Source: Gemmatimonadota bacterium (lineage in GTDB: Bacteria; Gemmatimonadota; Gemmatimonadetes; Palauibacterales; KS3-K002). Taken from it: 20,287 nt of DNA. The DNA lies in NCBI GenBank assembly GCA_039586795.1, contig JBDHJS010000056.1:1-20287 (forward strand), given 5' to 3'. The notes beneath the pieces were generated by a model. That model was not told where the DNA came from. It did not search any database and saw only the letters and a program-made list of their open reading frames with translations. The position numbers and the translations under genes are program-made. Positions 1 to 6,457 of the stretch are shown here, piece after piece (positions within the stretch are counted from its first letter, which is position 1; every line of letters begins with the position of its first letter).

Positions 1-207
1 GGCCTCAGGCCGATCTGCGACGACTCGTTGCCTGTGATCGGTCCGGATCCCGATCTGGGTGGACTGTTCTACGCCACCGGCTACGGACGAGATGGGATAT
101 TGATCGCACCACTGGTTGGGGAGATCGTTGCCGACCTGATGGTGTCGGGCGCATCGGAGTTCGCATGGCATGCGTTCAGGCCGGATCGGTTCTCGAAGGT
201 GGGCTGA
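1..207 (+). CDS. FAD-dependent oxidoreductase, glycine oxidase ThiO/DAO family (3' fragment, runs off window start)
   Basis: Frame 1 translated by hand: GLRPICDDSLPVIGPDPDLGGLFYATGYGRDGILIAPLVGEIVADLM...FRPDRFSKVG, TGA at 205-207. GLRP...LPxIG, ATGxxRxGILxAP and FxPxRF are the typical C-terminal motifs of ThiO/DadA-like oxidases. Not in the ORF track because no start lies in the window. Confidence 0.85.
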   Translation, partial: GLRPICDDSLPVIGPDPDLGGLFYATGYGRDGILIAPLVGEIVADLMVSGASEFAWHAFRPDRFSKVG

Positions 208-227
208 GCGGTATGCGACGCTCAGCC
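202..227 (+). terminator. GC-rich hairpin over the stop codon of the oxidase gene (possible weak terminator)
   Basis: GGCTGAGCG (202-210) pairs with CGCTCAGCC (219-227), 8-nt loop. No clear U-tract. Confidence 0.3.
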
Positions 228-284
228 GCCTTCGCGCATCTAACACGACAAGTAGCCTACCCTAAATCGATGGAGAACTAGCTT

Positions 285-1457
285 ATGTTGCGAGGAGCGA
301 GAGGTTTCACGCTCATCCTTCCTGTCCTGGTGTTGGCCGCCTGTTCCGGGGCGGCGCAGGACGACACGTCCTTGGCGGTCTCGGCGGAACTGGAGACGAC
401 CTTCCCACAAGCGTTCAGCATGGTTCAGCGCGTACACGAGTTGCCCGACGGCCGGGTGATGGTCGCCGATCCGCTGGGTCAGGCGTTGGTCGTCGCGGAC
501 ATGGCGGCGGGGACGGCGGATACGGTTGGTGCGGTCGGCAAGGGACCGGGAGAGTACAACCAGCCGGACGCGGTGTTCCCGCTGCCGGGTGACTCGGTTC
601 TGCTGGTCGATCTGGGCAACGCTCGGCTGACGGTGTTGGGCCCGGATCGGAGCTTCACGGAGACGATGCCGATCGCCCAGGGCGATCCAGCGTCGGGCGG
701 ACTGCAGATTGTATTGCCCCGGGCGACAGACTCGCAGGGGAAACTCTACTTCCGGCCGATGGGCGGTATGATGGGACAGCTACCCGACTCGGCGGCCGTG
801 GCGCGCTACGATCGCGCGGCCGGCGTCTACGACACGCTGGCGATGGTGAAGATCCCCGACATGAAGCGGTCGACCCAGGGTGGTGCGGGCAACCAGAACG
901 TGATGATCAGGCCGGTGCCGTTGTCACCAGAGGATGCCTGGGCGGTGTCGTGGGACGGTCGCGTGGCGGTGGCCAGGTCGGGCGACTACCACGTTGAGTG
1001 GATTGACCCCGATGGTCGTGTGGTTGTCGGTGACCCGGTGGATTACGAACCGGTCGCCATCGGGCGCGCCGAGAAGGAGGAGTGGGTCGAGGGGTTAAGC
1101 AACGGAATCTCGGTCGGCATTTCTATGAACAATGGTCAGCGCCAGATGCAGATGGGTCGTGGCGGCGGTGGCGATTCGCCGGCCCTCGATACGTTCGAAT
1201 GGCCGGAGTACAAGCCGGCGTTCGAGGCGAACGGCGTTTTCGTGACTCCGGAAGGTGACATATGGGTCGCGCGTCACGTGCCCGCGGGGGCGGCCGTCCA
1301 TTTCGACGTGTTTGGCAGCGACGCGCAGCTGAAAGGATCGGTCTCACTGCCAGCCGGGCGGGATCTTGTGGGCTTCGGCATCGGAAAGCTCTACGCCGTT
1401 CGGACGGACGATGTGGGTCTTCAGTGGCTGGAGGTCTATACGCGTCCCGCGACGTGA
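285..1457 (+). CDS. Lipoprotein, probable 6-bladed beta-propeller (NHL/TolB-like)
   Basis: 390 aa. GGAG SD at 272-275. Signal peptide with lipobox VLAAC. Blade-like motifs GxGPGEY, PDGRVMVAD, DSQGKLY, DGRVAV, PEGDIWV, FDVF. Confidence 0.75.
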   Translation: MLRGARGFTLILPVLVLAACSGAAQDDTSLAVSAELETTFPQAFSMVQRVHELPDGRVMVADPLGQALVVADMAAGTADTVGAVGKGPGEYNQPDAVFPLPGDSVLLVDLGNARLTVLGPDRSFTETMPIAQGDPASGGLQIVLPRATDSQGKLYFRPMGGMMGQLPDSAAVARYDRAAGVYDTLAMVKIPDMKRSTQGGAGNQNVMIRPVPLSPEDAWAVSWDGRVAVARSGDYHVEWIDPDGRVVVGDPVDYEPVAIGRAEKEEWVEGLSNGISVGISMNNGQRQMQMGRGGGGDSPALDTFEWPEYKPAFEANGVFVTPEGDIWVARHVPAGAAVHFDVFGSDAQLKGSVSLPAGRDLVGFGIGKLYAVRTDDVGLQWLEVYTRPAT

Positions 1458-1483
1458 CGGCTGGGCAGAAGTGTTGGGACTCG

Positions 1484-1514
1484 AGCGGGGCGGCCAGGTC
1501 TTGGCCGCCCCGCT
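1484..1514. terminator. Stem-loop between convergent genes (probable bidirectional terminator)
   Basis: Perfect 13-bp inverted repeat AGCGGGGCGGCCA (1484-1496) / TGGCCGCCCCGCT (1502-1514) between stops at 1457 (+) and 1548 (-). Confidence 0.65.
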
Positions 1515-1547
1515 TCGTCATCGAGAGTCACGAAATCGGCGTCGGGA

Positions 1548-1754
1548 TCACGTTTCGATCTTGAACGAAAGCGCGACGCGGGCGCGGTAACGGACGCTGC
1601 CATCCTCTACGGACATGTCCAGCTTGGCGATCTCTGCGATCCGCAGATTCTTGAGGCTTTCGCCGGCAGTGTCCACCGCATTCTTTGCCGCATCCTCCCA
1701 GCCTTTGGAGCTCGTTCCGACCAGTTCGATGACCTTATAGACGCTATCGGCCAT
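1548..1754 (-). CDS. Dodecin-family protein (calcium-dodecin/Rv0379-like subtype)
   Basis: 68 aa MADSVYKVIELVGTS..WEDAAKNAV...YRARVALSFK, the dodecin signature. Strong SD GGAGG (complement of CCTCC at 1761-1765). Confidence 0.92.
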   Translation of the reverse strand: MADSVYKVIELVGTSSKGWEDAAKNAVDTAGESLKNLRIAEIAKLDMSVEDGSVRYRARVALSFKIET

Positions 1755-1859
1755 TGGGCACCTCCTCGCCTAGTGGGGAGTGACATTATTGCTGGATGTC
1801 GATGGCCTGAATCTGGGTCGCCGATCTCCCGGTCGCCAGAGGCGCCGGGGCGGCGGCAG

Positions 1860-2663
1860 TCAGCGGAGTGTGTCCAGGAGGTGCTGTGCCTCTGTGCGGC
1901 CTTCATCGGTGAGAGCGACTCGGCCTTCGCCAGCTAACTCGAAAAAGTGGCTGCCCTCGACCTGCTGTTTGATGTTCTTCTCCGTCGTGCTGGTCTTCGG
2001 CGTATAGTCGAGCCTCTTGAACCGATTCGCGATGTCCTTCGGCTTGATCGCTTTCCGGTGGTAGGCGAGGAGCAAGATGAGCTCCTCCTCGAACGTGGAG
2101 GTTCGCGGCAACAGCTCGTGGGTGAAGTACTCCTCGTCCATGGTCTCGAAGGTGATGGGGCCTGGATCAGTAGCGGCGGGCGCATCGGGGACGGTCGGCG
2201 CAGTTAGGGGCTGGCCGAACTCCAGGTCGTCCAGTTCATCGTCTTCGTCAGGCTCCATCATGGCCGCATCGATCGACTCATCGATCGCCGGCTCCGTTGG
2301 CTCCGGTGTAGCCACCGGCTGAGCTGGCTTGGCCTGGGCCTTCGGCTTCGGCGTCATCGGGGCCGCGGGTTGTGGGGCGGGTTCCGGTGCGGGCGGCGGA
2401 GGTGGCTCTCCGGCCGGAGAAGATGCCGCCATCTCCATATAGGCCCGAAGAAGAGCGACGCGCTTCTCGATCGATTGTGCGTGGCTCTCGAGTTCCTGGA
2501 TCTTGCGCTGCGTTGACTGGATCTGCGCCTGGATGGCCGTGATCTGGCCACGCGCCTCCTCGATCCGCTGATGAGCCGCACGTACCTGGTCTCTGGCCGT
2601 AAGGAGAGCCTGTTCTTCCTGGGCCAGCTGTTTCTGGATGTTTTTGAGATCCTGCATGAGCAT
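1860..2663 (-). CDS. Hypothetical protein: N-terminal coiled coil, Pro/acidic disordered linker, C-terminal winged-helix (HARE-HTH-like) domain
   Basis: Part of ORF 1860..2774. Protein-like composition begins at ATG 2663 (MLMQDLKNIQ) or 2657. About 75 aa of Q/E/R/A heptad pattern, then a PPPPPAPEPAP and DEDDELDD linker, then a compact domain TFEEELILLL...KAIKPKDI...FFELAGEGRVALT. The start is uncertain (no clear SD). Confidence 0.75.
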   Translation of the reverse strand: MLMQDLKNIQKQLAQEEQALLTARDQVRAAHQRIEEARGQITAIQAQIQSTQRKIQELESHAQSIEKRVALLRAYMEMAASSPAGEPPPPPAPEPAPQPAAPMTPKPKAQAKPAQPVATPEPTEPAIDESIDAAMMEPDEDDELDDLEFGQPLTAPTVPDAPAATDPGPITFETMDEEYFTHELLPRTSTFEEELILLLAYHRKAIKPKDIANRFKRLDYTPKTSTTEKNIKQQVEGSHFFELAGEGRVALTDEGRTEAQHLLDTLR

Positions 2664-2800
2664 ATTAGTAAACGGCGGGACGAAGGGGGTGACCTGTAAT
2701 CTGTTGTTTCTTGGGGGGTTAGGCAAGGGGGCGGCTCCCGAATCACGGCACGGAACCGCTGATCCCGACCGCAATCAGGGTCGCTAGGTCATTGTTTCGC

Positions 2801-2829
2801 TTGTGATTGGCCCTACCATTGAATAACTT
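2801..2829 (+). promoter_or_regulatory. Possible sigma70-type promoter for the proteasome-like gene
   Basis: TTGTGA (2801-2806), 17 bp, TAACTT (2824-2829), in a locally AT-rich patch. Confidence 0.3.
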
Positions 2830-2916
2830 TCTCGGCACTCCCCCTGACATGGCCGCCTGTTTTCCGGCTATGGCTATCCCGCGCGGGGCAACAGCACCTC
2901 ACTCAGGAGTGGATTA

Positions 2917-3807
2917 GTGTCTCTGATCGTGGGTATACGGTGCGCCGACGCTGTAGTGCTTGCCGCCAGCGGCCCGTCGACAATGCCCTCCGAGGACGGC
3001 CTGCCGTCGGCACGCCAGTGGTCCAAGAAACTGCAGGTTGTGAGCGGGCAGGCAGTGCTGGGCGTATCGGGGCACGATGGCCTGGCCCAGGAGATGGCGC
3101 TCGCCCTCGAGCGCAGCCTGTCGGAGCCGGAGAAGCGGGACATATCCGAGGGGATGCTACGGGAGAAGCTGCGTGAAGCGCTGGCGGCGCCCATCCAGCG
3201 GACCGTAGCGATCCACCGGACGCTGCAGGGCCTGCCGGGGTTCGGGATCACATCGAACGAGTTTGTCGTCAGCCAGTCGTTGCTTGGCATTCCCTTCCAC
3301 AACGTGTTGCGGCTCTTCAAGCTGGACCCCGAGTGCTCGCTGACCGAGATCACTCCCGACCTGGCCTGGTCGGTTATCGGTAGCGCCCGGTCTACCGCTG
3401 AGCCGTTCATGTCGTTTCTCAGTAAGGTGCTGTGGGAGAGTGGCCGACCGAACGTGGCGCAGGCTGAGCTGGCCGCGTTTTGGACGTTAAAACAGGCTAT
3501 CGAGTACAACCCGGGCGGCCTGAGCTATCCGATACAGCTAACTGTAATGATACGGTCGGAAGGTGGCTCCATCGACATCATCGAGCGGGGCGATCGGGAG
3601 ATGGATGTCATGCGACAAGTGGTCGATGAGGGCGAAACCGCATTTCGCCGGAACTTCCACGTGTTGCCGAGCGGCCAGGTCAAAGTCCGGGGGAGGGAGG
3701 CCGTGGCCGATGTTACAACCCGGAAACGAGTCCCTGAGGTGCGGTTGACGCTGGATCGACCGAGGAAAGAGCAGGCGAAGAAGGCGGCTGAAGAGTCCTC
3801 CGAGTAG
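2917..3807 (+). CDS. Proteasome beta-subunit-like protein (Ntn-hydrolase fold), N-terminal Ser
   Basis: GTG start with AGGAG SD (2905-2909). (M)SLIVGIRCADAVVLAA matches beta-subunit TTxVGIxxxDAVIMA. KKL (Lys33 equivalent), VSGHDGLAQ (cf. IAGLVGDAQ), IGSA (cf. TGSG) and AIEYNPGGLSYPIQLTVM (cf. AKQRDSASGGMIDVAVI) follow in the right order. Confidence 0.8.
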   Translation: MSLIVGIRCADAVVLAASGPSTMPSEDGLPSARQWSKKLQVVSGQAVLGVSGHDGLAQEMALALERSLSEPEKRDISEGMLREKLREALAAPIQRTVAIHRTLQGLPGFGITSNEFVVSQSLLGIPFHNVLRLFKLDPECSLTEITPDLAWSVIGSARSTAEPFMSFLSKVLWESGRPNVAQAELAAFWTLKQAIEYNPGGLSYPIQLTVMIRSEGGSIDIIERGDREMDVMRQVVDEGETAFRRNFHVLPSGQVKVRGREAVADVTTRKRVPEVRLTLDRPRKEQAKKAAEESSE

Positions 3808-3842
3808 CAAGGTTCTCGGATCCGGCCCAACTCCCTCCCAAG

Positions 3843-3871
3843 TTGTCACGATCACCGTACCTGCCTAAATT
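3843..3871 (+). promoter_or_regulatory. Probable sigma70 promoter for the lipoprotein gene
   Basis: TTGTCA (3843-3848), 17 bp, TAAATT (3866-3871). Confidence 0.5.
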
Positions 3872-3955
3872 TCCTGAACTACCGGTTCAGGGCTAACTCC
3901 ACCCGCCATCCGCCGGCTTGCGCCCGACTACGCCTGAACATCCGAGGTGTGCGCT

Positions 3956-4591
3956 ATGTCCCGTTGGAGATCTACCCTGTTCTTGTCCGCTTGCCTGATG
4001 CTGCTGGCCGCGTGCGACAGCTTCGATGAGGAGGACGCCGCTCTTCAGATCCGCCAGGAATTCTGCGAAGGCTGGCCGTTTGGATGCACCGATAGCACGT
4101 TCGTTCGGATCGAGGGCGTAAACGAGACGCCAAACGGTCGACAAGTCGAATTCAAGGTCATCGACGGCGAGGACGAGACCGCTACGCTGGTCGCGGCGTA
4201 CTTCGAAGAGAATGAGGAGAGCTGGAGATTCCTGCTCTTCGAGCCGCCCTTCAGTCAGGCGTACAACCTCGAGAGAAGCCGCGTGGTGGAGGATGAACGG
4301 TTGTTCGACGAGCAGTTGATGGACCTCAAGAGTGCTCAGAAGTGGTTCAACACCATCTACGGACGATTTGCCAGAAGCCTGGCGGAGCTGGACAGCGTTA
4401 GTTACAAGCAGCCGTCGACTCCCATCGAGATGACGGTGACCGGAAGTGGTTGGAGAGGTGAAATCCGAAGCCAGTACACGCGGTGCATGCTGGAAATACC
4501 CAGCCAGCAACTTCCGCGATGCGAGGGCTTGCCGGCGCTGAACACGGGCACCCCGACGGGCCCACTCAGCACGGCGTTCGGAAGACAGTAG
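3956..4591 (+). CDS. Hypothetical lipoprotein with a C-terminal pilin-like region
   Basis: ATG 3956 preceded by GAGGTG (3944-3949). Signal MSRWRSTLFLSACLMLLAA|C with lipobox LAAC. Two Cys pairs (C-x6-C and C-x11-C). Confidence 0.75.
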   Translation: MSRWRSTLFLSACLMLLAACDSFDEEDAALQIRQEFCEGWPFGCTDSTFVRIEGVNETPNGRQVEFKVIDGEDETATLVAAYFEENEESWRFLLFEPPFSQAYNLERSRVVEDERLFDEQLMDLKSAQKWFNTIYGRFARSLAELDSVSYKQPSTPIEMTVTGSGWRGEIRSQYTRCMLEIPSQQLPRCEGLPALNTGTPTGPLSTAFGRQ

Positions 4592-4603
4592 CCGGCTGAT
4601 ATC

Positions 4604-4632
4604 TTGGCGGCTGCCGGGGGTTATGGTAAGCT
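4604..4632 (+). promoter_or_regulatory. Possible sigma70 promoter with extended -10
   Basis: TTGGCG (4604-4609), 17 bp, TAAGCT (4627-4632), with TG at 4624-4625. Confidence 0.4.
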
Positions 4633-4812
4633 GCTGAAACCGCTGGTTTCGCTGGTACGTCGGGAAGCATAGCGGGCGTTTGCAACGTTAGATGGTGGTC
4701 GGGGGCTCTAATCCAGAGAAGGGCAGAGCCGACCACACTTCGGTGGGTGAATTGGGTGGCCGGGACGCTGGGGCGAATTCTGGCGGCCGGTCTAGGAATT
4801 GGCGTAGGCAAT

Positions 4813-6360
4813 ATGAACGACAATCCGTCCAGGCTTCGCGAGTTCATAGCGGAGTTGGAGCGGCGGCGTGTCTTCCGCGTGGCCGTTCTGTATGCCGTTG
4901 TCGTGTTCGTCATATTGCAAGTGGCGGAGATCGTCTTCCCAGCGCTCCGCCTTCCCGAATGGAGCCTCACCTTCGTCGTCGCCTTGTCCCTCCTCTGTTT
5001 CCCCGTCGCACTCGTCATGGCCTGGTACTACGACATCACACGCGAAGGTGTGGTGCGCACGAAACCGCTGCAGGTTCCGGGTCTTTCCGGCAAGTCGGGC
5101 CGGTCGATCGCGCTCGCTTCCGTGGTGCTGGTCGTGTTGATGACGGTGGTGGCCGGCTGGTATGTGTTGCCGCGATTACCGGGCTGGTGGAGCGTCAGCA
5201 ACGAGGGTGCGGTCGCCAGAGGCGACGAGCGGACCATGCTGGTTGTCTTGCCGTTCGTCAATCTCGGGTCGCCGATCGATAAGTACTTTGCCGACGGAAT
5301 CACGGAGGAGATAACGGCACGACTGGCCAGCATCCAGGGTCTGGGTGTCATAGCCCGAACCACGGCGATCCAATACAAAGATTCTGAGATGACGGCGCGG
5401 GAGATAGGCGAGGAGTTGGCGTGTGACTACGTACTGGAGGGAACGGTTCGCTGGGAGAATCCAGGCGACGGTCCGGGCCGCGTACGCGTCACTCCGCAGC
5501 TGATCCGTGTGGGCGACGACACGCACGTGTGGGCGGAGATCTACGAGGAACCGCTGGAGAGTGTGTTCCAGGTCCAGACCCAGATCGCGGAACGCGTCGT
5601 GGAAGCCTTGGACGTCACGATCGTAGAGCCGGAGCGGTTGGCGCTGCAAGAGACCCCAACCGAGAATCTGGATGCGTACCGGTTCTATCAGTTGGGCAAC
5701 CAGCTACTGAAGCGGAGCACGTCGCCGGCCGCGGCGCAGCAAGCGATCGAGATGTTCGAGTTGGCGGTGGAATACGATCCGAACTTCGAGCTTGCCCGAA
5801 TGAAGCTTTCCGAAATCTACACCAATCTCTACTGGGCGAATTTCCGGATGCTCATGTTCGGCAGCATCGAGGACTACGAGCGAGCGCTGGATCGACTATA
5901 CGTAGACTCGTTTGGCGCCGATTCGGGCTCGTATTATCTGGCCAGCGGTATCTTGCGCGAGAGAATGGGAGAGTCCGCGGCGGCGCTCGCCTACTTCGAC
6001 TCGGCTCGCGTGCTTCTCGAGCGAAGCGTCGAAGAACATCCGCAGGAACCGCGCTACCGCGCGCAATTGGGACTGGCCTACGCGGGACTCGGCCTGGTGA
6101 GCGACGCGGTTCGAGAAGGTGAGGAAGCGACCCGATTGACGCCGGTGTCGGAAGAGCCGTATGTCGGGGGTGCTTTCCTAGACAACCTGGCCCATATCTA
6201 CGTGTTGGTGGGTGACATCGACTCGGCGGTCACCGCTCTCGAGACGCTGCTGCGGGACGGCGAAGGGCCGATGTCGCGATCCTGGATGGGTGTTGACCCA
6301 ACCTGGGATTCATTGCGGGATTCGCAGCGCTTCGAGAACTTACTTCTGGAAGATCAATAA
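4813..6360 (+). CDS. Membrane-anchored TolB-like (TolBN) domain + TPR protein
   Basis: ELERRRVFRVAVLYAVV...FPVALVMAW N-terminal TM module, then VLPFVNL...YFADGITEEITARL...VIART...YVLEGTVR...RVRVTPQLI...HVWAE.Y (TolBN signature), TPR-like helices and the family-typical ending DPTWDSLRDSQRF. Start ATG 4813 preferred over GTG 4747. Confidence 0.85.
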   Translation: MNDNPSRLREFIAELERRRVFRVAVLYAVVVFVILQVAEIVFPALRLPEWSLTFVVALSLLCFPVALVMAWYYDITREGVVRTKPLQVPGLSGKSGRSIALASVVLVVLMTVVAGWYVLPRLPGWWSVSNEGAVARGDERTMLVVLPFVNLGSPIDKYFADGITEEITARLASIQGLGVIARTTAIQYKDSEMTAREIGEELACDYVLEGTVRWENPGDGPGRVRVTPQLIRVGDDTHVWAEIYEEPLESVFQVQTQIAERVVEALDVTIVEPERLALQETPTENLDAYRFYQLGNQLLKRSTSPAAAQQAIEMFELAVEYDPNFELARMKLSEIYTNLYWANFRMLMFGSIEDYERALDRLYVDSFGADSGSYYLASGILRERMGESAAALAYFDSARVLLERSVEEHPQEPRYRAQLGLAYAGLGLVSDAVREGEEATRLTPVSEEPYVGGAFLDNLAHIYVLVGDIDSAVTALETLLRDGEGPMSRSWMGVDPTWDSLRDSQRFENLLLEDQ

Positions 6361-6457
6361 TCTGTCCCGGCCCCGGATTCGCCCAGCCTCGCTTGGGGAC
6401 CCCGGACAGGCTAATCTCTACAGATTCAACGGTGGCACCTGAGGAAGGGAGATACGC

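Noticed and set aside
300..320. ARGFTLI in the beta-propeller N-terminus resembling a prepilin cleavage site
   Set aside because: It lacks the Glu at +5 (GFTLIL, not GFTLIE), and a good lipobox (LAAC) follows, so a lipoprotein signal is more likely.
2745..2760. Possible sigma54 promoter (CGGCACGGAACCGCT)
   Set aside because: GG-to-GC spacing is 9 rather than the required 10 nt, and the TTGC element is absent.
2664..2774. N-terminal extension of ORF 1860..2774 from a TTG start
   Set aside because: The extension is not protein-like and covers the presumed divergent promoter region. ATG 2663 or 2657 is more plausible.
4718..4800. Fragments reminiscent of a c-di-GMP-I riboswitch (AGGGCA, GGGACGC, CCGGTCTA)
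   Set aside because: The conserved GCAAA elements, GNRA tetraloop and spacing are missing. Kept only as a generic structured-leader finding.
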